The notes beneath the pieces were generated by a model, which worked only from the letters and a program-made list of their open reading frames with translations, searched no databases and was not told the origin of the DNA. The position numbers and the translations under genes were made by a program. From assembly GCA_016928815.1 (NCBI GenBank), contig JAFGJZ010000177.1, positions 987-64,986 of the forward strand: 64,000 bases of DNA, written 5' to 3'. Origin of the DNA: Spirochaetota bacterium. Lineage in GTDB: Bacteria; Spirochaetota; UBA4802; JAFGJZ01. Of this stretch, positions 46,551-55,210 are shown in pieces (the stretch's first letter is position 1; each line of letters begins with the position of its first letter).

Positions 46551-47640
46551 TATTGCTTATTCTGTATTTAACCTTCATTATGTATGAATTAGTAAGATCA
46601 TGATCCGGATTTGCCTGCCTGGCTTTTTCAAACATTTCAAGGGATACTCCGTATTTTTTCCGTTTGGCATTTATTACTCCCAGGTTGAAATAGCTGCCGA
46701 ATCCGTCAGGTTTAATGTAGCTGAGGGTGTTGAAAACGGATTCTGCTTCATCAAGCCTGTTTTCCTTCAGCATCTGCACACCTGTTTTAAATATATCATC
46801 AAGATAATCTTTTTCAGATAATTCATTAATTTTCCGGTCCTTTTCCTTCATTTCAGACATAAGATTATTAAACGAATATGCCAGTTCCTTGAAATCATCA
46901 TCCGCAGCCGTGTTTAATTTAAATCCGGGTTCACCACGGGCGGCTTTTTTTACAACATGGGCCAGACTGTTTATGAACAGCGTCAGGTTATGCATGTACA
47001 GAAGGGATATCAGAACAGTCACAACAAGGAAAATTGAAACAGAAATAAAAATATATTTCCGGTAATAGAGATCTTCGGAGGTAATGGCGGTTATCGGATT
47101 TTCAAGAAATGAGGTGTTACAGTAAAGCTGAACAACGTATGTTTTATTCTGCTCCCTGACCGGGAAAAATACATTCTGCCAGAAAAAATTATTTTCTTTA
47201 TAAATTCTCGGATCTGCGGTTACTTCATATAAACCGTTTTTAATGTAGTTTTTTCCGGTGGATAAATTTATGCTTTTCCCCTGACTGTAAGGGGTTTTAA
47301 AAGCTTTGTCAATATTGACAATTTCCCGGACTTTGAAAAAATTTTCATCCTCAGTCTGTGAAAAAATTATTACGGAAAGAAGACGGCTGTCGTTGACTGT
47401 GTGGAAGTAATTTTTAATCTCTTCATAATTTTTAAAATTCATCATTAATGAAATTGAATAATATTTATCCGCAGTTTCAATTGAAGCCGTTTCAGACAAT
47501 CTGTTAAGATAATCCCGTATGTAGGCATTCTTTTTACTCTGAAAAGACAGAAGTATGAAAGTGAAAGCTGCGGTTAGCAGAATGACTGAAACAGTAAATG
47601 AAATCATATATTTAAAAATGCTGCTTCTTGGCCTGCTCAT
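46543..47640 (-). CDS. Membrane protein with two TM segments and C-terminal TPR repeat; start probably the ATG at 47640 directly after the upstream HK stop
   Basis: The track start (47745) would overlap the upstream gene by 104 bp. The internal Met (MSRPRSS..) gives a TM helix at its N-terminus and ATG-stop coupling. Confidence 0.5.
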   Translation of the reverse strand: MSRPRSSIFKYMISFTVSVILLTAAFTFILLSFQSKKNAYIRDYLNRLSETASIETADKYYSISLMMNFKNYEEIKNYFHTVNDSRLLSVIIFSQTEDENFFKVREIVNIDKAFKTPYSQGKSINLSTGKNYIKNGLYEVTADPRIYKENNFFWQNVFFPVREQNKTYVVQLYCNTSFLENPITAITSEDLYYRKYIFISVSIFLVVTVLISLLYMHNLTLFINSLAHVVKKAARGEPGFKLNTAADDDFKELAYSFNNLMSEMKEKDRKINELSEKDYLDDIFKTGVQMLKENRLDEAESVFNTLSYIKPDGFGSYFNLGVINAKRKKYGVSLEMFEKARQANPDHDLTNSYIMKVKYRISNNG

Positions 47641-47641
47641 T

Positions 47642-48733
47642 TTATAACTCCGGTAATATGATATTAAATGTTGAACCTTTTGCAGGAGAACTTGCAACTT
47701 CCAGGGAACCGTTGTGCAGTTCGATAAACTTTCTGCAAATTGCAATACCGAGTCCGTTTCCTTTTTCCCCTCGTGTACCTGTTTTATAGTTTATTGAATA
47801 ATTGCTGAACAGTAAATTAATTTCTTCAGTACTCATGCCGATTCCGGTATCGCTTATTGATATTTTCAGGAAATTATCTGAGAGTGATTCGGCTGTAATG
47901 ATTATTTCGCCTTCTTCTGTGAATTTAATGGCATTGCTGATAAGGTTATTCAGAACCTGAATGATTTTTATCTTATCCATGCAGACTTCAGTTCTTTTCA
48001 GTTTATTAATGAATTTAAGATCATTTTTTTTATCGATACTCAAAAGTATGAAACTATTTACCGAAGAACTGATGATTTCACCGATATTGAATTTCTCTTT
48101 TTTCAGATCAATAATTCCCTGTTCTATCTTTGAGATATCGAGTAGTTCATTTACAAGCGAATATAAATGATCTGAAATGTCTTTAATGACATTGATGTAT
48201 CTTTCCTGTTTGTCATTCAGGTTCCCCTTTTTAAGAAGATATCCTGCATATCCTCCTATACTTGAAAGCGGTGAACGAAGGTCATGCGACACAAGAGTCA
48301 GAAATTCATCCTTAAGCCTGTTAAGCTTTTTAAGCTCGATAAGGTTTTTCTCATTTTCGCGCTGCAGAAGAATATGATTGGCTGCTTTGTTTATTCTGTG
48401 CTTCAGCGTTTCACCGTCAACAGGTTTCTGGATGAAATCGTATGCACCCAGATGCAGTGCTTTGATGGCTCCTTCAATTGATGCATAGCCGGTGAAAACA
48501 ATCGGTACTGTTTCCAGTTTGCTGGTTTTGATATGGTTCATGAGCTGAAACCCGTCAACTTCAGGCATATTTATATCAGTCAGAATGATATCAAATTTGC
48601 GGGTTTTTAAAATTTCTATGGCTTCCTTTCCGTTTGAACAAACTTCGGTATCATAATTTTCTTTTTTTAGAATCTGTGCAATTTTATCGGCGATTTTTAC
48701 TTCATCATCAACTATAAGAAGTGAAATTTCCAT
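47642..48733 (-). CDS. Cytoplasmic hybrid sensor histidine kinase (N-terminal receiver + HisKA + HATPase_c)
   Basis: Receiver LLIVDDE...DIILTDINMPEVDG. H-box VSHDLRSPL. G-boxes GNGLGIAI. Start probably the ATG at 48733 (MEISLL); the track start is a TTG. Confidence 0.8.
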   Translation of the reverse strand: MEISLLIVDDEVKIADKIAQILKKENYDTEVCSNGKEAIEILKTRKFDIILTDINMPEVDGFQLMNHIKTSKLETVPIVFTGYASIEGAIKALHLGAYDFIQKPVDGETLKHRINKAANHILLQRENEKNLIELKKLNRLKDEFLTLVSHDLRSPLSSIGGYAGYLLKKGNLNDKQERYINVIKDISDHLYSLVNELLDISKIEQGIIDLKKEKFNIGEIISSSVNSFILLSIDKKNDLKFINKLKRTEVCMDKIKIIQVLNNLISNAIKFTEEGEIIITAESLSDNFLKISISDTGIGMSTEEINLLFSNYSINYKTGTRGEKGNGLGIAICRKFIELHNGSLEVASSPAKGSTFNIILPEL

Positions 48734-48961
48734 ATTATATCCGGATAAATAAAAATTTTTCAAAAATACTGAAATAGTCAGATAGATATCATGTAACAGT
48801 AAAATACCGGTTTTATTAAAGCAATTAAAATACTTTATTGAAATAATTAATCTTGACGGTTATTTTAAGTATGAATTTATGACAATATACTGAAAATCAG
48901 AATTTTATTATTTTTTAATAGATTTTTTAATGTTATTCGATTTTTAATCAAAACTCTTCAG

Positions 48962-51946
48962 ATGGAGAATTGTATGGAAGCTAAATACAGAATTGAAGTG
49001 TATCCTGCCATTCCGGACAACAGAGGAAAATCAGTAAAAAAAAGATTTGAAAAGATAGGGATTTTTACTGACAGTATTATCATAGCTGATAATTATTTAA
49101 TAAATGCGGATTTCACCGAAAAGGAAATTACTCTCCTGGCCGACCGTCTGGCAAACCCTGTAACTCAGAAATATGCAGTAAACAAACAGTTATCAGAACT
49201 GAATTTCGACGTAGCGGTTGAAATCGGTTTTCTTCCGGGAGTGACAGATAATGTCGCCCATACCGTGACTGATATTATATATGACAGTTTTAAAGACAAG
49301 ACAAAACAGGATGATCTGGTATTTACAACAAAAACTTTTTTTATCTCGGGTTCTCTTACGTCCGGACAGATTAAAGAAATAGCCTCGGAGCTTTATAATC
49401 CTCTGATACAGAGAGAGACGGTTTTAACTGCTGCAGAGTATAAATCATCCGGCGGTTTCAGCAGATTGATTCCTGTTGTAAATGTTCATGAAGACGGTGA
49501 TGTCAGCAGTATTGATCTGAATTTAAGCGATGTTGAACTGACGGAACTCGGGAAAAGCGGAATCATGGATTCTGAAAATTCAAGACGCGGACCGCTTGCT
49601 CTTGATCTTGAATCGATGAAAGTAATTAAAAAATATTTTGATGAAACCGAAAAAAGAAAACCGACCGATGTTGAAATTGAATCCATTGCCCAGACATGGA
49701 GCGAGCACTGCAAGCATACAATTTTTGCAGCACAGATAGATGATGACGCGGAAGGTATTTTCAGAAGCTATATTAAAGCGGCAACAGATAAAATCTGCCG
49801 TGACCGGGGAGCGGATAACATATGTCTTTCCGTTTTTAAGGATAATGCCGGCGGAATCGAATTTGATGAAAATTATATTATTTCCGATAAAGTTGAAACG
49901 CACAACAGCCCTTCCGCACTTGATCCGTTTGGAGGATCCATTACAGGTATTGTCGGTGTAAACAGGGATGAAATGGGATTCGGTATGGGAGCAAAACCTG
50001 TCGCAAACAGATACGGTTTCTGTTTTGCAGATCCTGATGATAAAAAGCCTGTCTACAGATCAAAAGACCGGAATTCTGCACTTCTTTCGCCGGAACGGAT
50101 AATGGAAGGTGTAATTCAGGGCGTGAATGTCGGCGGGAATCAGTCAGGTATTCCTACACCGCAGGGATTTATCCGTTTTCATGAACGCTTTAAGGCCAAG
50201 CCTCTTGTTTTTGTCGGAACAATCGGATTGATTCCTAAAATCGTAAACGGAAAATCATCAGTGAAGAAAAGCGCACGTCCGGGAGATCTGATAATAATGG
50301 CCGGAGGACGTGTCGGAAGAGATGGAATTCACGGAGCGACTTTTTCAAGCGAAGCATTATCCGGAGGAAGTCCTGCAACAGCCGTGCAGATAGGTGATCC
50401 GATCACCCAGAAAAAAATGTCGGATGCAATTGTAAAAGAAGCAAGGGATCTTGATTTATATAATTCCATAACAGATAACGGAGCAGGCGGACTTTCATGT
50501 TCTGTCGCTGAAATGGCGAAAGAGTCCGGAGGCTTTGAAGTTGATCTTGAAAAAATTCCCGTTAAATATCCAGGTCTTGCCTCCTGGCAGATTTGGGTAA
50601 GTGAATCACAGGAAAGAATGACTCTATCAATTTCTCCAGAAAAAGCGGATCAGTTTATCGCACTGATGAAAAAGCGCGGTGTTGAAGCGACAGTAATCGG
50701 AAAGTTTACAAACAGCGGCAGAGGTCTTGTACGTCATAACGGGCGTGAAGTTTTTAACATTGATATGGGATTTCTGCATGACGGTCTTCCTCAGAAAAAA
50801 TTTGAAACTGACTATGCAGTAACAAAAAAAGACAAACCGTCATATAAAAAGGTAAATCTGGAAAAAGCCGTTTTTGACATGATGTCAAGGCTTAATATAG
50901 CGTCTTTTGCTTTCATTTCCAATCAGTACGATTTTGAAGTTCAGGGTAATTCGGTTCTGAAGCCGCTTCAGGGAAGGGGAAATGTGAACAGTAATGCAAC
51001 GGTAATCCGTCCGCTGTTTAATTCCCGAAAGGGTGTGGTACTGTCTCAGGGATTATATCCTGAATACAGCGAACATGATCCTTATAATATGGCTGCATCT
51101 TCAATTGACACGGCGGTAAGAAATGCAGTAGCGGCAGGAGGCAGTCTTGATAAAATGGCCCTGCTCGACAATTTCTGCTGGTGTGATTCAACAAACAGTG
51201 AAAGGCTCGGCCAGCTTAAACTGGCATCTCAGGCCTGTTATGATCTGGCTGTTGCATACGGTACTCCGTATGTGTCAGGCAAGGACAGCATGTTTAATGA
51301 TTTTAAAGGCTTTGATTCTGAATTAAATCCGGTTGAAATTTCCGTTCCTCCGACGCTTCTTATTTCTTCAATTGGAATTGTAGATGATGTCAGTTACTGT
51401 CAGTCAATTGATTTCAAATTTGAAAATGATCTGATTTATCTTTCAGGTGTTACGTCCGATGAATTAAACGGCAGTGAATTTTATAGTTATTTATCTGAAG
51501 AAACTGCCTGTGCGGTTGAAGGCGGTAAGGTTCCTTCCGTAAACATTGATGGAAATAAAAATCTGTATAATTCCGTTCATGATGCTTTTAAGAAAAATCT
51601 GATCGCATCATCAATTAGTGTTGAAAGGGGAGGCCTTGCTGTTGCAGTTATTAAATCCGCAATTGCAGGAGGCCTCGGATTTGAAATAAATATTGATAGT
51701 ATTGCAACTGAAGGTGAGTTAAGTGAAGAGGAGCTTTTTTTCTCCGAATCACAGGGAAGGATTCTTGTTTCCGTAAATCCGGAGCACAGGGATGAATTTG
51801 AAAAAACGGTAAAGGGCGGATTTTCCAGAATAGGAACTGTCGGAGGAAGTAATGCTGTATTTACCGGTAAGTCCGGCAGTGTGATATTCAGCAGTTCTCT
51901 GGAAAAACTGTCAGAGAAATATTCAAGTAGATTTAATAAATATTGA
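48962..51946 (+). CDS. purL: Phosphoribosylformylglycinamidine synthase, fused PurS-PurL (FGAM synthase II)
   Basis: 994 aa. N-terminal PurS-like ~80 aa, then PurM-like repeated AIR-synthase-related domains. Confidence 0.85.
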   Translation: MENCMEAKYRIEVYPAIPDNRGKSVKKRFEKIGIFTDSIIIADNYLINADFTEKEITLLADRLANPVTQKYAVNKQLSELNFDVAVEIGFLPGVTDNVAHTVTDIIYDSFKDKTKQDDLVFTTKTFFISGSLTSGQIKEIASELYNPLIQRETVLTAAEYKSSGGFSRLIPVVNVHEDGDVSSIDLNLSDVELTELGKSGIMDSENSRRGPLALDLESMKVIKKYFDETEKRKPTDVEIESIAQTWSEHCKHTIFAAQIDDDAEGIFRSYIKAATDKICRDRGADNICLSVFKDNAGGIEFDENYIISDKVETHNSPSALDPFGGSITGIVGVNRDEMGFGMGAKPVANRYGFCFADPDDKKPVYRSKDRNSALLSPERIMEGVIQGVNVGGNQSGIPTPQGFIRFHERFKAKPLVFVGTIGLIPKIVNGKSSVKKSARPGDLIIMAGGRVGRDGIHGATFSSEALSGGSPATAVQIGDPITQKKMSDAIVKEARDLDLYNSITDNGAGGLSCSVAEMAKESGGFEVDLEKIPVKYPGLASWQIWVSESQERMTLSISPEKADQFIALMKKRGVEATVIGKFTNSGRGLVRHNGREVFNIDMGFLHDGLPQKKFETDYAVTKKDKPSYKKVNLEKAVFDMMSRLNIASFAFISNQYDFEVQGNSVLKPLQGRGNVNSNATVIRPLFNSRKGVVLSQGLYPEYSEHDPYNMAASSIDTAVRNAVAAGGSLDKMALLDNFCWCDSTNSERLGQLKLASQACYDLAVAYGTPYVSGKDSMFNDFKGFDSELNPVEISVPPTLLISSIGIVDDVSYCQSIDFKFENDLIYLSGVTSDELNGSEFYSYLSEETACAVEGGKVPSVNIDGNKNLYNSVHDAFKKNLIASSISVERGGLAVAVIKSAIAGGLGFEINIDSIATEGELSEEELFFSESQGRILVSVNPEHRDEFEKTVKGGFSRIGTVGGSNAVFTGKSGSVIFSSSLEKLSEKYSSRFNKY

Positions 51947-51957
51947 TGGAGTCTGTA

Positions 51958-52755
51958 ATGAGTAAACCGGGTGTTATAATACTAACAGGATATGGAATAA
52001 ACTGTGAAGAGGAAACTGCACATGTTTTCAGTGAAGCCGGTGCAGCTGTCAGAATCTGGCACATAAATGATCTTATTGAAAATAAAAATATTCTGAAAGA
52101 AAACCAGATTTTTGTTTTTCCCGGCGGATTCAGCTATGGTGATGATACCGGAAGCGGAAAAGCTCTTGCAACCAAAATTATTAATAATCTGTCGGAAGAA
52201 TTTATGTCCTTCATGAAAAGGGACGTGCTTATAATGGGCATATGCAACGGATTTCAGGTGATGACAAATCTTGGAATTGTTCCCGGCTATGGCGATTTTG
52301 GTCATTCGGAAGTTGCTCTTGATCATAATTCAAAAAACAGATATGAATGCAGATGGGTTCATTTGAAATTGAACAACAAAATCTATTTCAAAGATATGGA
52401 CGTAATTAAGGTTCCGGTTGCACACGGTGAAGGGAATTTTTATGCAGATGAAAAAGTAATTAATAAGCTGATAGAAAATGATCAGATAGCGGCATATTAC
52501 TGTGATGAGAACGGGAAAATGGCAAATGGTGTATTTCCATTGAATCCGAACGGTGCACTGCGTGATATTGCTTCCATCACTGACAGAACAGGCAGATTTA
52601 TCGGTATGATGCCTCATCCCGAACGTAATTTTCTTTTTTCACAAAGAGATGATTATGCTTATCAGAAAGAAGTCATTCTGCGCAAAGGAGGAACTCTGCC
52701 GGAGTTCAGTGAAGGAATGAAAATTTTCAGAAATGCAGTAAACTACTTCAAATAA
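51958..52755 (+). CDS. purQ: Phosphoribosylformylglycinamidine synthase glutaminase subunit PurQ
   Basis: Class I GATase with catalytic Cys (GICNGFQV) and HPE motif. GGAG RBS before the ATG at 51958; the track start is a TTG overlapping the purL stop. Confidence 0.85.
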   Translation: MSKPGVIILTGYGINCEEETAHVFSEAGAAVRIWHINDLIENKNILKENQIFVFPGGFSYGDDTGSGKALATKIINNLSEEFMSFMKRDVLIMGICNGFQVMTNLGIVPGYGDFGHSEVALDHNSKNRYECRWVHLKLNNKIYFKDMDVIKVPVAHGEGNFYADEKVINKLIENDQIAAYYCDENGKMANGVFPLNPNGALRDIASITDRTGRFIGMMPHPERNFLFSQRDDYAYQKEVILRKGGTLPEFSEGMKIFRNAVNYFK

Positions 52756-52774
52756 AAAAAATTATCACGGAAAT

Positions 52775-53962
52775 CTACATGTCGAATTTCTTTCCGATCA
52801 TGTAATTACCGGATTTTTCTTCGTCTATGGATTTGTCTTCCCTGTAGAAGGTGCAGATTCCGTTGAGTTCACCCATCATATATTCTCCTTCTGATTCAAG
52901 ATTGCCCGATGGATAATACTCTTTAAATTTCCCTTCTCGTTTCCCCATTATATATGCGCCTTCGAATTTTACTTTTCCGTTCGGATGGAATTCTATCCAC
53001 TGTCCGTTTTTATCCGGTTTATCGGCAAGTCCGGACATCTCACCTTCACCGGTAATTTTTCCGTTTTCATACAACCAGCAACGTCCGGCTACCATGTCAC
53101 CGTTCAATGTAAGTTTCCGCGTAACCTGTCCTTTCTGATTGAGATAAGTCCATATTCCTGTTTTTTTACCGGCACTGTATTCTCCGAATGATTCCGCTTT
53201 GCCGTCAGTATAATAAGTACGCCATATTCCGGACATAAGTCCTTTTTCGAACTTGCCTTCCATCTGTTTGGTGCCTTTGTCGAAATAGAATGTCCATTTC
53301 CCGGACGGTTTGTCATCATTCATAAATCCGTTTACTTTTATGTTTCCGTTGGGATACCATTCGTTAAATTTTCCGTTCTTAAGATTCTGTTCATACCAGG
53401 ATGTCTGCCGGGTTTGCGAATTTTCATAATATATCTGAGTTTTCCCTTTTTTCAGGCCGTTCTGGAACATTTCCTCCATCTGAATTTTCCCGTTTTCAAA
53501 ATAGGTGATTTTAGTGCCTTCAATTACACCATATTTAACTGCGGTTCCCGATGAGTTATCTGTTTTTATCGAATATTTGCATTTTGAAAGGACTTTGCCG
53601 CTTTGATAAAATTCTGTCCATTCTCCTGTTTTCTGACCTTGTTCAAAATCCCCCTGCAGTCTGACAGAACCGTCCTGATAATAGTAGAACCATTCCCCAT
53701 GCTGCATATCATTAACATAACTTCCTTCTGCAAGTTTTACTGTTCCGCCGGTACCTTTGGCGAATAGGACCCAGTTTCCTGTTTTTTTGAAATTCTCGAC
53801 ACTTCCGCGGCCTTTCAGAGAATTATCATCCCAAAATTCCTCTGAAATACCGTCTTTAATTTTTTCAGGATTTTTTTCAGCTGGATTTTTAGTCTTTTTA
53901 TCTGAGGATGCGCATGATAATATTAAAAAAAAGAATATTATGAATATTGCTGATTTTCTCAT
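52775..53962 (-). CDS. MORN-repeat lipoprotein
   Basis: Lipobox LILSCAS after a signal peptide. More than 12 MORN-like repeats (GxWxxYYxNGxxxxxGxY). Confidence 0.75.
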   Translation of the reverse strand: MRKSAIFIIFFFLILSCASSDKKTKNPAEKNPEKIKDGISEEFWDDNSLKGRGSVENFKKTGNWVLFAKGTGGTVKLAEGSYVNDMQHGEWFYYYQDGSVRLQGDFEQGQKTGEWTEFYQSGKVLSKCKYSIKTDNSSGTAVKYGVIEGTKITYFENGKIQMEEMFQNGLKKGKTQIYYENSQTRQTSWYEQNLKNGKFNEWYPNGNIKVNGFMNDDKPSGKWTFYFDKGTKQMEGKFEKGLMSGIWRTYYTDGKAESFGEYSAGKKTGIWTYLNQKGQVTRKLTLNGDMVAGRCWLYENGKITGEGEMSGLADKPDKNGQWIEFHPNGKVKFEGAYIMGKREGKFKEYYPSGNLESEGEYMMGELNGICTFYREDKSIDEEKSGNYMIGKKFDM

Positions 53963-54148
53963 AAATTACTCCTGATTCAGAATAAGTTTAAATACTGATA
54001 ACCGGTGAAAATATACATTTATCCTTATCCTTGCTTATATTGCAATAAATTTATGACAATATTTAATATAATATAATCATAGATTTTATTATTGCAAAAT
54101 TATATTTTTTTTGCTAAATTAATACAATAATAAATAAGAGGTTATAAT

Positions 54149-55210
54149 ATGTTTAAAAAAAGGGTTATTCCGGCTGCTGTTATTTCTCTTTTCATATCTG
54201 CTGCTGTTTTTGCCGATAAGTTTTCCGATGACCTGGAAGCACAGAAAAACAGGGATAAGATGATGGTTGAAGAAGTAAGTGACAAAATTGACAGAATGCG
54301 TATTGACCTCATTGCTCAGAATAAAAAATTTGAAATCGGTATTACATGGGCTATTACACAGAAAATCAGGGAAATTACCGGAGATAAACCGGATCCTCTG
54401 CCTATTAAGCCTGTACCCCGGCCTAAACCTGACCCGATAATTAAACCCGATCCGGTGGTGAAACCTGATCCTGTTAAAGATCCGGAAGTACCTGATCCGG
54501 CTGATCCTATTTTCATCGGTAAAAAAGCCAATCCGAAGGCTAAAGCTTTTAACTGGCGCGATAACGGCGGTTTGACAAGTGTAAAGTTTCAGGGAAGATG
54601 CGGAAGCTGCTGGGCTTTTGCGGCAATGGCGCAGCTTGAAGGTGTTTATAAAATTGTTTATAAAAAAGATCTGGATTTTTCAGAGCAGTATATAATAGAC
54701 TGCGCCAGAATAAAAGGATCACAGGACTGCGGAAGCTGCAGCGGCGGATACTATCCGTTTGTCCTTCAGTTTCTTACTACGGAAGGCGGGGCGATTCTGG
54801 AAAAAGATGTTCCGTATAAAGGATCAAACCAGTCATGCCGTGTGAAACCGGACCGTACATATTCTGTTGCGGGATGGGGACGTCTTGCCGAGAATGATAT
54901 TCCATCGGTTGAAAACATCAAGGAAGCCTTATGTAAATATGGACCGATTGTTGCTTCTGTTAAGGTAACTGAACTTTTTCAGGCCTATACAGGCGGAATT
55001 TTTGATGAACATGCAAAAGTGTCCGGGAAGCTTGATACCAATCACGCAATTCTGATTGTCGGATGGGATGATGCGAAAAAAGCGTTTCTTATAAAAAATT
55101 CCTGGGGAGAGTACTGGGGTGAAAAAGGTTACATGTGGATAGAGTATAACTGCAATAATATCGGAAGGGGGGCAAGCTGGATTATTCTTCAGAAACCGGT
55201 AAATGATTAA
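54149..55210 (+). CDS. Secreted papain-family (C1) cysteine peptidase with Pro-rich KPDP linker
   Basis: Signal peptide, linker KPDPLPIKPVPRPKPDPIIKPDPVVKPDPVKDPEVPDPADP, catalytic QGRCGSCWAFA, and His/Asn region (NHAILIVGWD...NSWG). Confidence 0.8.
   Translation: MFKKRVIPAAVISLFISAAVFADKFSDDLEAQKNRDKMMVEEVSDKIDRMRIDLIAQNKKFEIGITWAITQKIREITGDKPDPLPIKPVPRPKPDPIIKPDPVVKPDPVKDPEVPDPADPIFIGKKANPKAKAFNWRDNGGLTSVKFQGRCGSCWAFAAMAQLEGVYKIVYKKDLDFSEQYIIDCARIKGSQDCGSCSGGYYPFVLQFLTTEGGAILEKDVPYKGSNQSCRVKPDRTYSVAGWGRLAENDIPSVENIKEALCKYGPIVASVKVTELFQAYTGGIFDEHAKVSGKLDTNHAILIVGWDDAKKAFLIKNSWGEYWGEKGYMWIEYNCNNIGRGASWIILQKPVND

Noticed and set aside
48764-48961. Purine riboswitch upstream of purL
   Set aside because: There is no three-way-junction consensus. 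The region is a simple AT-rich divergent promoter spacer.
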